Part shown: piece by piece, positions 10,848 to 20,346 of the stretch
Layout: each line of letters begins with the position of its first letter
Position numbering within the stretch: position 1 is the first letter of the stretch
Assembly: GCA_944320235.1 (NCBI GenBank)
Contig: CALUGQ010000010.1
Coordinates: 2,040 to 66,039, forward strand
DNA length: 64,000 bases
From: an uncultured Prevotella sp.
GTDB taxonomy: Bacteria; Bacteroidota; Bacteroidia; Bacteroidales; Bacteroidaceae
Reading direction: 5' to 3'
The notes under the pieces: generated by a model
The model's input: only the letters and a program-made list of their open reading frames with translations
Database searches by the model: none
What the model was told of the DNA's origin: nothing
Translations under genes and position numbers: made by a program

Positions 10848-11738
10848 TTACTTTTCCCTTCCGTCGGCCCCCCACATCATCTTCTCGCGCAGGGTGTCGT
10901 AGTAACTGGTGCCGGGCCGCTTCACAATCCTCACTTTGTAAGGGGCCTTGCGCAGGCGGATGGCCACCCCGTCGGCACACTTCTCCGAGCGCCCGTCGAC
11001 GGCTATGAGGAAGTTGTGGCTGCGGCTCTCCACCCTGAACGTAAGCACGGAGCGGTCGGATATCACCATCGGGCGCGTGTTAAGGCTGTGAGGGGCCACG
11101 GCCGTGATGCCAAACACGGGCGTGCCAGGCACGATTATCGGGCCGCCGTTGCTCAGCGAGTAAGCCGTAGAGCCCGTAGGCGTGCAAACGATGAGGCCGT
11201 CAGCCTGGTACGTGGCAAGGCTTTCGCCGTCTATCGAGGCATGGATGGTAATCATGGATGCATCGTCGCGCTTTAGTATCGCAACGTCGTTGAGCGCACA
11301 GACAGGCCCCGCAAGACTGCCGCCAAGCGGCTCCACGAGCAGCGCGCCGCGGTCTTCGATGGCATAGTCACCCCGGTGGAGCGCCTCTATGCACGCCTCT
11401 ATGTCGCCAGGGCCTACGTCGGCGAGGAAGCCCAGCCGCCCCACGTTCACCCCAACTATTGGTATTTGCTTTGCGCCGACGCGCGAGGCAGCCTTCAGGA
11501 AGGTGCCGTCGCCGCCCATGGAGATTACGAAGTCGGCATCAAAGTCGCCGCCGTCGAACACCCGCGCCACGCCCACCCGCTCGCGGCTGCAGCGGCAGAT
11601 GAAGTCGTAGAAGGCCCTGTCCATGGCCACCTCGTCGCCAAACGAGGCCAGGCACGAGAGCAACCGCCGGATGGAAGCCGACTTCTTGGGCTGGAACACG
11701 TTGCCGAAGATGGCGAGCCTAAGTCTGTCCGTTGTCAT
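10848..11738 (-). CDS. nadK: NAD kinase
   Basis: [36 protein letters not shown]. Confidence 0.95.
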   Translation of the reverse strand: MTTDRLRLAIFGNVFQPKKSASIRRLLSCLASFGDEVAMDRAFYDFICRCSRERVGVARVFDGGDFDADFVISMGGDGTFLKAASRVGAKQIPIVGVNVGRLGFLADVGPGDIEACIEALHRGDYAIEDRGALLVEPLGGSLAGPVCALNDVAILKRDDASMITIHASIDGESLATYQADGLIVCTPTGSTAYSLSNGGPIIVPGTPVFGITAVAPHSLNTRPMVISDRSVLTFRVESRSHNFLIAVDGRSEKCADGVAIRLRKAPYKVRIVKRPGTSYYDTLREKMMWGADGREK

Positions 11739-11893
11739 GCAAAATAGTTTTTTATATATCTTTAGCCCTGCCAGATATCGTTATTTGGCAAACATTTAGT
11801 ACTTTTGCGCTTGACAATGCCACGCAAAACGTATGCAAAAATACACATTTATCGCGAATATGGCATTATGGGATGATATTTAATTGCATAAAG

Positions 11894-12619
11894 ATGACCA
11901 AATTAAGCGTTAACATCAACAAGGTGGCGACCATCCGCAACGCCCGGGGCGGCAACCACCCCGACGTGCTCCGCGTGGCACAGGACTGCGAGCTGTTCGG
12001 CGCCGAGGGCATAACCGTGCACCCGCGGCCCGACGAACGCCACATACGCTACGCCGACGTGAGGGCATTGAGGCCGCTCGTCAGGACTGAGCTCAACATT
12101 GAGGGCAACCCGATAGACCGCTTCACGAGCCTCGTACTGGAGGTGAAGCCGACGCAGGTGACGCTCGTTCCCGACGCGGAGGACCAGATAACGTCGAACC
12201 ACGGCTGGGACACGAGGGCCAACCGCGCGCTGCTCACCGACGTGGTGGGCCGCTTCCGCGAGGCGGGCATACGCACGTCTATCTTCGTTGACCCCGACCC
12301 TGCGATGGTAGACGGGGCGAAGGAGTGCGGCGCCGACCGCGTGGAGCTTTACACAGAGCCTTATGCAGCCGGCTATGCGGCCAACCGCGAGGAAGCGATA
12401 GCGCCCTTCTTGGATGCCGCCAGGGAAGCCCGCGCCATAGGGCTCGGCCTCAACGCAGGCCACGACCTGAGCCTGCAGAACCTCCACTACTTCCTCTGCC
12501 GCATACCGTGGGTCGACGAAGTGAGCATAGGCCACGCCATCATCTGCGACGCCCTGTACCTCGGCCTGCGCGAAACGATAGCGATGTACAAGGCGGCGGC
12601 GCGAGTAGAAAACCTCTGA
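11894..12619 (+). CDS. pdxJ: Pyridoxine 5'-phosphate synthase
   Basis: [34 protein letters not shown]; ATG 11894. Confidence 0.97.
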   Translation: MTKLSVNINKVATIRNARGGNHPDVLRVAQDCELFGAEGITVHPRPDERHIRYADVRALRPLVRTELNIEGNPIDRFTSLVLEVKPTQVTLVPDAEDQITSNHGWDTRANRALLTDVVGRFREAGIRTSIFVDPDPAMVDGAKECGADRVELYTEPYAAGYAANREEAIAPFLDAAREARAIGLGLNAGHDLSLQNLHYFLCRIPWVDEVSIGHAIICDALYLGLRETIAMYKAAARVENL

Positions 12620-12688
12620 ACAAGCAAGGCCGGGCAAACACCCACACAGCATGTTTTCTTAACTTTTAATTCTTAACTTTTAATTCTT

Positions 12689-13249
12689 ATGGTTTACGAA
12701 TTTCTTGCAACAGGCTTCGAGGAAGTCGAGGCCCTCGCCCCGGTGGACATACTGCGCCGAGGCGGAGTGGAGATAAAGACAGTGAGCGTAACGGGCGACC
12801 TCATCGTGGAGTCGGCCCACGGCGTGGGCATCAAGGCCGACGCGCTCTTCGAGGACATCGACCCGACGGCCGCCGACCTGCTGATGCTTCCCGGCGGACT
12901 GCCCGGGGCCACCAACCTCAACGAGCACGAGGGCTTGCGCCGCGCCCTCGTGGAGCAGAACGCACGCGGAGGGCGCATAGCCGCCATCTGCGCCGCGCCG
13001 CTGGTGCTGGGCGGCCTCGGCTTGCTCGAGGGGCGCAAGGCCACGTGCTACCCCGGATTCGAGAAATACATGACGGGCGCAACGTATACCGCCGACCTCT
13101 ACACCACAGACGGCAACATCACCACAGGCCGCGGGCCGGCCGCCGTACTGCCTTACAGCTACGCCCTGCTTGAGCAGTTCGTAGGCGCAGAGGCCGCCAA
13201 GCAGGTGCGCGACGGCATGATTTACACGCAGCTGATGGAGGGCAAGTAG
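12689..13249 (+). CDS. DJ-1/ThiJ/YajL family glyoxalase/deglycase
   Basis: GFEEVEA, LPGG, AAICAAP (catalytic Cys), TCYPG. Confidence 0.92.
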   Translation: MVYEFLATGFEEVEALAPVDILRRGGVEIKTVSVTGDLIVESAHGVGIKADALFEDIDPTAADLLMLPGGLPGATNLNEHEGLRRALVEQNARGGRIAAICAAPLVLGGLGLLEGRKATCYPGFEKYMTGATYTADLYTTDGNITTGRGPAAVLPYSYALLEQFVGAEAAKQVRDGMIYTQLMEGK

Positions 13250-13458
13250 CCCCGCCAGCCGCCGCCCAAAACATCGCGCCGCCCCTTGCAGGCTCCTTTC
13301 AGGCCTGCAAGGGGCGGCGCTGCGCGCAATACGGTATGCGTGAGCGACTTATCGCGCCATGGCATACGGCAGGCGGCACCGCCACAACCACTTATTTCCA
13401 ACCCTTTTCAGCCACCGGCGCAACCCACTGGGCCTCAGCAGGTTAGCCACACAGGCCG

Positions 13459-13546
13459 TTTTGCGTTCCAAAACAAGCCGTCCCGGCCTCTGAAACAGGC
13501 TGCTTGGCAACGCAAAACGGCCAGCCTTGCAACGCCGTGGGGGCGA
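13459..13546. repeat. 22-bp-periodic intergenic array
   Basis: ttttgcgttccaaaacaagccg / tcccggcctctgaaacaggctg / cttggcaacgcaaaacggccag. Confidence 0.7.
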
Positions 13547-13675
13547 CGTTGACTTTTTGCCACGCCTCCGGGCGCGCCCCCTACGGCGGTACCAAATCAC
13601 AGGCGCCGCCCGTGCGAAAAATAAAAAAGCGGTGTTTGGGACGAAAGTTAAATAAAATTCGTAACTTTGCACTAT

Positions 13676-14401
13676 ATGGACAACAACAATGACTACACCT
13701 CCCTGCCCCGCTGCTACGCCATCATAGTGGCCGGAGGCAAGGGCCTGCGCATGGGCGGCCCGCTGCCCAAGCAGTTCATGAGCGTGGGCGGCAGGCCCAT
13801 ACTCATGCGCACCATCGACCGCTTTCGCGAGGCCCTGCCCGGCGTAAGCATAGTGCTCGCGCTGCCAAGAGAGCAGCACGAACTGTGGAGAGGGCTGTGC
13901 CGCGAGCACGCTTTCGACGCCGGCTGCCCCGTGGCCGACGGGGGCGCGACGCGCTTCCACTCCGTGCAGAACGGCCTCAGGCTCATCCCCGCAGGGGCGC
14001 AGGGCATAGTTGGCGTCCACGACGGGGTGCGCCCGTTTGCCTCGGTGGCCACCATCCGCGCCTGCTATGAGGCGGCGCGGCTCAGCGGGGCGGCCATACC
14101 GGTGACCCCCGTGGTCGAGACGTTGCGCCATGCGGGCGGCCACACCGTGCCGCGCTCAGACTACCGGCTCGTGCAGACGCCCCAGGCATTCAGCCTCGAC
14201 GTGCTCCGCCGGGCCTACGCCCAGCCCTACCGCGATGCCTTCACCGACGACGCATCGGTAGTGGAAGCCTCAGGCCACGAGGTAACCCTCGTGGAAGGCA
14301 ACCGCGAGAACATAAAGATAACCACACCGTTCGACCTGGCCGTGGCCGAGGCCGTGCTCCGCCAGCAGGCGGAGGGGCGGCCGGCGCACAGCCGCACATG
14401 A
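13676..14401 (+). CDS. ispD: 2-C-methyl-D-erythritol 4-phosphate cytidylyltransferase
   Basis: [38 protein letters not shown]. Confidence 0.95.
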   Translation: MDNNNDYTSLPRCYAIIVAGGKGLRMGGPLPKQFMSVGGRPILMRTIDRFREALPGVSIVLALPREQHELWRGLCREHAFDAGCPVADGGATRFHSVQNGLRLIPAGAQGIVGVHDGVRPFASVATIRACYEAARLSGAAIPVTPVVETLRHAGGHTVPRSDYRLVQTPQAFSLDVLRRAYAQPYRDAFTDDASVVEASGHEVTLVEGNRENIKITTPFDLAVAEAVLRQQAEGRPAHSRT

Positions 14402-16515
14402 CACAACAAGCAGCCGTGACCGACATACTGAGCCAAGACATACAGTTTCTGCCGGGCGTGGGGCCGGCCCGCAAGAAGCTGCTCGCCGAGGAGGCAGGCA
14501 TCAACACCTACGGCGACCTGCTCACGTACTACCCCTACAAGTACGTGGACCGCAGCCGCCTGTACTCCATACGCGAGCTTACGGGCGACATGCCTTACGT
14601 GCAGGTGCGCGGACAGATACTGAGCTACGAGACGTTCGAGATGGGGCCACGCAAGGAGCGCGTGGTCGCCCACTTCTCAGACGGCACGGCCGTGATGGAC
14701 CTGACGTGGTTCAACGGGGGCAAGTATGCCAAGAAGACCTACCGCCCCGGCACGGTCTACATAGTGTTCGGCAAGCCGACGGTCTTCAACGGGCGCATAA
14801 ACGTGGTGCATCCCGACATCGACGAGGCCGCCTCACTTGAGCTTTCGGCCATGGGCCTGCAGCCTTATTACCCCACGACGGAGAAGATGAAGAAGGCCGG
14901 ACTGACCTCGCGCTCCATCGAGCGGCTCACGAAGAGCCTCGTGGAAAGGCTCAAGGCACCGCTCCAAGAGACGCTCACCGAGGGGCAGCTGGCGCGGCTC
15001 CACCTCATGGGGCGCGACGAGGCACTGCGCACAATCCACTATCCCAAGGACGCGCGGAGCCTGGAGCGCGCCCGCGCAAGGCTGAAGTTCGAGGAGCTTT
15101 TCTACGTACAGCTGGGCATAGTGCGCTACGCCAGCGACCAGAGGCGCAAGTACCGGGGCTATGTGTTCACCCATGTGGGCCAATGCTTCAACACGTTCTA
15201 CAGCGAGCGGCTGCCCTTCGCGCTCACCGAGGCGCAGAAGCGCGTCATCCGCGAGATACGCCGCGACGTGGGCTCGGGCCGCCAGATGAACCGCCTCTTG
15301 CAGGGCGACGTTGGCTCGGGCAAGACGCTCGTGGCCCTGATGGCCATGCTGCTGGCCATCGACAACGGCTTCCAGGCGTGCATAATGGCACCCACGGAGA
15401 TACTGGCCGAGCAGCACCTGGCCACCATACGCGCCCTGCTCGGCCCCATGGCGGTGCGCGTGGAGCTGCTCACAGGCATCGTGAAGGGCAGGCGAAGGCG
15501 CGAGGTGCTCGACGGGCTGGCCGCGGGCGGGGTGCAAATCCTCGTAGGCACGCACGCCGTCATCGAGGACCCGGTGCGCTTTGCGCGCCTCGGCTTCGTC
15601 GTGGTAGACGAGCAGCACCGCTTCGGGGTGGCCCAGCGGGCCAAGCTCTGGGCCAAGAGCGACAACCCGCCCCACATACTCGTAATGACGGCGACGCCCA
15701 TACCACGCACGCTGGCGATGACCTTGTACGGCGACCTCGACGTAAGCGTGATTGACGAACTGCCCCCCGGGCGCAAGCCCGTGGCCACGCAGCACGTGTA
15801 CGACAGCCAGCTGCCGCGCCTCTACAACGGCATACGCCGCCAGATAAGCCTCGGGCGGCAGGCCTACATAGTGTTCCCGCTCATAGAGGAGAGCGAGAAG
15901 AGCGACCTCAAGAACCTCGAGGCGGGCTACGAACAGCTGCGCGAGGCTTTCCCGGGGATGCGCATCGGCAAGGTGCACGGGCGCATGAAACCGGCCGAAA
16001 AGGACGCGGAGATGCAGCGCTTCGCCAGTGGCGAGACGCAGATACTAGTGGCCACGACGGTGATAGAGGTGGGAGTGAACGTGCCTAACGCCTCGGTCAT
16101 GGTCATATTCGACGCCCAGCGGTTCGGTCTCTCGCAGCTCCACCAGCTCCGGGGGCGCGTGGGCAGGGGCGCGGAGCAGTCGTACTGCATCCTCGTGACG
16201 CCCTTCAAGCTCAGCGACGACACCCGCAAGCGCATCGACATCCTATGCGACACGAACGATGGGTTCCGCATAGCGGAGGCCGACTTGAAGCTGCGCGGCC
16301 CGGGAGACCTTGAGGGTACGCAGCAGAGCGGCATGGCCTTCGACCTCAAGATAGCCGACATTGCGCGCGACGGGCAGCTCGTGCAGATGGCCAGGGACGA
16401 GGCGCAGCGCATCATCGAGGCCGACCCCGACTGCCAGGACCCGCGCCACGCCCTGCTGTGGGAGCGGCTCAGGCAGCTGCGCAAGGGGCAGGTGAACTGG
16501 GGGGCGATATCCTGA
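14398..16515 (+). CDS. recG: ATP-dependent DNA helicase RecG
   Basis: [42 protein letters not shown]. Confidence 0.97.
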   Translation: MTQQAAVTDILSQDIQFLPGVGPARKKLLAEEAGINTYGDLLTYYPYKYVDRSRLYSIRELTGDMPYVQVRGQILSYETFEMGPRKERVVAHFSDGTAVMDLTWFNGGKYAKKTYRPGTVYIVFGKPTVFNGRINVVHPDIDEAASLELSAMGLQPYYPTTEKMKKAGLTSRSIERLTKSLVERLKAPLQETLTEGQLARLHLMGRDEALRTIHYPKDARSLERARARLKFEELFYVQLGIVRYASDQRRKYRGYVFTHVGQCFNTFYSERLPFALTEAQKRVIREIRRDVGSGRQMNRLLQGDVGSGKTLVALMAMLLAIDNGFQACIMAPTEILAEQHLATIRALLGPMAVRVELLTGIVKGRRRREVLDGLAAGGVQILVGTHAVIEDPVRFARLGFVVVDEQHRFGVAQRAKLWAKSDNPPHILVMTATPIPRTLAMTLYGDLDVSVIDELPPGRKPVATQHVYDSQLPRLYNGIRRQISLGRQAYIVFPLIEESEKSDLKNLEAGYEQLREAFPGMRIGKVHGRMKPAEKDAEMQRFASGETQILVATTVIEVGVNVPNASVMVIFDAQRFGLSQLHQLRGRVGRGAEQSYCILVTPFKLSDDTRKRIDILCDTNDGFRIAEADLKLRGPGDLEGTQQSGMAFDLKIADIARDGQLVQMARDEAQRIIEADPDCQDPRHALLWERLRQLRKGQVNWGAIS

Positions 16516-16635
16516 GACCGGGCCACGCGGCCTTGCCGCCACCCAAGGCGCGCGCCACCCGGCAACAGGCAGGCCCTGCACAGGATGGCGCCACTGCCGA
16601 CTGTGACCTTTGTTACACTTAACAGACAAAACGGA

Positions 16636-17424
16636 ATGCTAGGAGCGATTGTTGGAGACATTGCCGGCTCGTTCTACGAGTCGTGCGGACTGAAAAGTTA
16701 CGAACCCGAGAAGATAAACCTGTTCATGGCGATGAGCCGCTTCACCAACGACACGGTGATGACTCTCGCCGTGGCCCGCTGGCTCACGGAGAGCAAGGAC
16801 AAGGGCGCAGCAGACCTCACGAGAGCGATGCAGGAGCTGGGGCGCAAGTACCCGCGGGCGGGCTACGGCCCTGCCTTTGCGCGCTGGCTGGCCTCCAGCG
16901 AGCCGCGCCCTTACGGCAGCTGGGGCAACGGCGCGGCAATGAGGGTAAGCCCCGTGGGGCTTTACGCCGGGTCGATGGACGAGGCATTGCGGCTGGCCGA
17001 GGTGTCGGCGGCGGTGTCGCACGACCACCCCGAGGCCCTTGCTGCAGCCCGGGCCGTGGCCGCGGCGGTTTACATGGCGCGCCACGGCGAGGGCAACGAT
17101 GCCATACGGGCGTTCGTGGAGAACCTGGCCGGCTACGACCTCAGCCGCACGATAGAGGAGATAAGGCCGGGCTACAGGTGGGATGTGTCGTGCCGAGGCT
17201 CCGTGCCTGAGGCCATCACGGCCTTCCTCTGCGCCGACGGCGTTGAGCAAGCCGTGCGGCTGGCCATCTCGCTGGGCGGCGACGCCGACACGCAGGCTGC
17301 CATCGCCGCAGGGATAGCAGCCGCGCGGTGGCCCGTGCCGGAGTGGATGGAGCGCGAATGCCGCGCGCGGCTCACGCCCGAACTGGCAGCAATCATGGAC
17401 GAGTTCGAGCGGACGGCAGGGTGA
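16636..17424 (+). CDS. ADP-ribosylglycohydrolase (DraG/ARH family)
   Basis: MLGAIVGDIAGS, SWGNGAAMRVSP, GGDADT; metal motif reads TNDT. Confidence 0.88.
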   Translation: MLGAIVGDIAGSFYESCGLKSYEPEKINLFMAMSRFTNDTVMTLAVARWLTESKDKGAADLTRAMQELGRKYPRAGYGPAFARWLASSEPRPYGSWGNGAAMRVSPVGLYAGSMDEALRLAEVSAAVSHDHPEALAAARAVAAAVYMARHGEGNDAIRAFVENLAGYDLSRTIEEIRPGYRWDVSCRGSVPEAITAFLCADGVEQAVRLAISLGGDADTQAAIAAGIAAARWPVPEWMERECRARLTPELAAIMDEFERTAG

Positions 17425-17503
17425 GAAAGGCGTTGCGGCCCCGGGCAGAGGCACTGCCCGGGGCCGCAAACGCAATATAAAACCACGGCTCACGCCATAA
17501 GGC

Positions 17504-18583
17504 TCAGAGCTTCAGCTTGCCGGGGAAGGTGCGGTGGTTTTCCTTCCAGTACTCCTCGAGCCTCTTCGCCTCGTCGCGGGTGAGCCATGTCACAGCCCCG
17601 TGCTTCTGCCCGTCGAAGTTTGTGCGGCGCATCACGCCCTCGTCAAAGCGGCCTATGCTGGTGAAGTGCTCCAGGTCGGTGGTCTCGGAGAAGCCGAAGT
17701 TCATCGGGTTGGCGCGGTACACGTCGAACATGAGCACCCACCGGTCCTCGCCTATGAGCTTGTATACGCTCGGGGCCTCGCAGCCTATCCGCTCGGGGTC
17801 CACCAGGCGGTCGTCAAACTTCCACGGCCCGGTGATGCTCTCCGACGTGGCCTGCTTTATGCCGGTCTTGCCGTCGTGGGAGCAATAGAACAGGTGGTAC
17901 ACGCCGTCCTTGCAGATTATGTTGCCGTCGATGGCCTCCTTGCCTTCCTTCGGGTATGTGAAGAGCACCTCGGGCTTGCCTTCGGGGCGGTTGAAGTCGT
18001 CGTTCACATAGAAGTAATAGAGCTTTGTCTTGCCGTTGCGGTGGCGCATCGTGAAGTGCACCATGAGCTTCTTGGCCTCCGGGTCGTAGCAAGTCTCGGG
18101 CGCCCAGGCGCAACCAATGTCGGCAAGCGAGGGGTCGAGCTGGTCGACGCGTATGTTGGCGCGCGTCCAGTTGATGAGGTCGCGCGACTTCATGAGCACG
18201 AGCGCCCGGTTGTTCCCCCAGCCGTACTGCCTCCCGTCGCGCTCCCACTCGGTCTGGCGGAAGCCTGCCTGCTTGGCGTAGATGTGCAGGTCGGTCATGG
18301 CCAGGTAGAAAGCGCCGTCGGGGCCGCGGAAGATGTGCGGGTCGCGTATGCCGCGCTGCAGGGCGATGGTGTCGCCGGCTATGACCGGCTCGTTGCCGTT
18401 GACGGCGGTGAACGTGCGCCCGTCGTAGCTCACGGCCATGTGCAGGCTGTGCGTATCGTCCTTGTGGTAAACCATGAGGTAGGCTCCCATTTCCTCCTCA
18501 CCCGGGGCATCGGCAGCAGAAGCCGGTGCGAGCGTGGCGGCGAAGAGCGCGGCCAGCGCGATGATGCATCTCGAATGTTTCAT
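17504..18583 (-). CDS. Glycoside hydrolase family 43-like beta-propeller, exported
   Basis: Signal peptide, GIRDPHIFRGPDG, WAPE, AIDG, CEAP; start MKHSRC at 18583. Confidence 0.8.
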   Translation of the reverse strand: MKHSRCIIALAALFAATLAPASAADAPGEEEMGAYLMVYHKDDTHSLHMAVSYDGRTFTAVNGNEPVIAGDTIALQRGIRDPHIFRGPDGAFYLAMTDLHIYAKQAGFRQTEWERDGRQYGWGNNRALVLMKSRDLINWTRANIRVDQLDPSLADIGCAWAPETCYDPEAKKLMVHFTMRHRNGKTKLYYFYVNDDFNRPEGKPEVLFTYPKEGKEAIDGNIICKDGVYHLFYCSHDGKTGIKQATSESITGPWKFDDRLVDPERIGCEAPSVYKLIGEDRWVLMFDVYRANPMNFGFSETTDLEHFTSIGRFDEGVMRRTNFDGQKHGAVTWLTRDEAKRLEEYWKENHRTFPGKLKL

Positions 18584-18878
18584 TTGTCTGTCAGTATTGT
18601 TCGTTGAATGTTGCATTGGCTGCGAGCACGGCGCGGCCTGCCTGCAGGCCACAGCTATGCAAAGGTACAACAATTCCGCCATACGGGCAAACGCGCACTG
18701 CAAAGATTTAAATCGACGGAAACCTTCCGCCCCATCCGAGACGGGCAAAAGCGGCGGCCACACTCCCCGTGCCGCATGGCACGGAACAAGGACGGCGCAC
18801 GGGCAGTGTAAGCATTTTTCAAGCAGGCGGGCCGTCGGGCCAACCGGCTGACCGCCAGGCGGTTGCGCTGAAGCACCA

Positions 18879-18966
18879 TACCGCACTGCAAAACGGCCGG
18901 TATCAACGCACGGAACAGACGGTTTTGCACCGCAAGACGGGCCATATCGGAAGCCCAAACGGGCGG
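18879..18966. repeat. 22-bp-periodic intergenic array (4 units)
   Basis: taccgcactgcaaaacggccgg / tatcaacgcacggaacagacgg / ttttgcaccgcaagacgggcca / tatcggaagcccaaacgggcgg. Confidence 0.75.
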
Positions 18967-19298
18967 CGCGGCCATGCGGCAAAGCTTTTGTAAACATTTA
19001 TCATACCCGGCCCCGGCACGGCGTTGGCACAAAGCGCGGCCACAACCCTGCGGCGACGGCCAGCAGCGGGCATGGCGCGGCAAGGCGGCGCAAACCGCCG
19101 ACCCGACGGGAAGCGGCAAAATAAAGTGTTAAAATACCAACAAAAAGCGTTAACCACTTTGCGCGTTGCGAAATATTTGCTATCTTTGCACCGTTCGTGC
19201 TGAAAAAGAGAATGTGGCATGGCTATAATTGGGTTATAATTATTATGCCATTCTCCCCCTTCGGCAGTTATTTCTCATTCAAACCAATAACGATATCA

Positions 19299-20237
19299 AT
19301 GATTAAGAAGCTAAGAACATTCGCCATAGCAGCCTTGATGTCAGTCAGCGCACTCCCGATAGCAGGGCAAGACCTGCTGGCACGACAGGCCCCGATAGAC
19401 AGAAAGATGAAAGCAGTGGACTCAGTCGCACTGAACAGACTTATCCAAATAGAGCAGACAGGCTCGCCGGCAGCCGACCTCTATGACGACTGGGACAACA
19501 AATACGCACACCGCGCCACCGAACTCCCCGACTCATTCCGCATCGACCTGCGCGGCTTCTGCATGCCGACCACGAGCCGCGTGCTCACGTCGAACTTCGG
19601 GGCGCGCTGGGGAAGGCAGCACAAGGGGCTCGACATCAAGGTGTATATAGGCGACACAATACGCGCGGCGTTCAGCGGCAAGGTGCGCATAGTGCGCTAC
19701 GAGGCCCGCGGCTACGGCAAGTACGTGGTGATACGCCACTACAACGGCCTTGAGACCATCTACGGACACATGTCGAAGCAGCTCGTGAAGGAGAACCAGG
19801 AAGTGCGCGCCGGGGAGCCCATCGGCCTCGGCGGCAACACAGGCCGGAGCACAGGCTCGCACCTGCACTTCGAGACAAGGCTCTGCGGCGTGGCCCTCAA
19901 CCCCACACTGATGTTCGACTTCGTCAACCAGGACGTGGTGAGCGACTTCTATATGTTCCGCCGCGACACCTACCAGAGGGAAGGCTTGTCTGCCAACCGC
20001 CTGCGCGGAGTGGGCGCACAGACAGTGAACAGCGCCGATGCCGGCGACGAGAGGCTCTCGGCGGCAGCCCCGGCGGCAAAGGTTGAGAAGACCATACGCT
20101 ACCACAAGGTGCGCAAAGGGGAGACACTGGGCCACATAGCGCGCAAGCGCCACACCACAGTCAACGCCCTATGCCGCCTCAACCACATCACAAAGACATC
20201 GCGGCTCATGCCGGGCCAAATCCTGAAATACAAATAA
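19299..20237 (+). CDS. M23 peptidoglycan endopeptidase with C-terminal LysM
   Basis: HKGLD, HLHFE, YHKVRKGETLGHIA LysM; ATG 19299. Confidence 0.92.
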   Translation: MIKKLRTFAIAALMSVSALPIAGQDLLARQAPIDRKMKAVDSVALNRLIQIEQTGSPAADLYDDWDNKYAHRATELPDSFRIDLRGFCMPTTSRVLTSNFGARWGRQHKGLDIKVYIGDTIRAAFSGKVRIVRYEARGYGKYVVIRHYNGLETIYGHMSKQLVKENQEVRAGEPIGLGGNTGRSTGSHLHFETRLCGVALNPTLMFDFVNQDVVSDFYMFRRDTYQREGLSANRLRGVGAQTVNSADAGDERLSAAAPAAKVEKTIRYHKVRKGETLGHIARKRHTTVNALCRLNHITKTSRLMPGQILKYK

Positions 20238-20346
20238 CGCAGACGCATACAGGCAAATGCGCGCAGGGCGGGAAGCTGCATTGGTTCAGCTTCCCGCCCT
20301 GCGAGCGTAATATGCAGCGTGGCCAAGGCTTGCCTCCCGCGCCCCG

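Noticed and set aside
19205-19255. Hairpin in the 5' region of the M23-LysM gene as a riboswitch
   Set aside because: Imperfect AT-rich stem with no recognisable aptamer; not enough evidence
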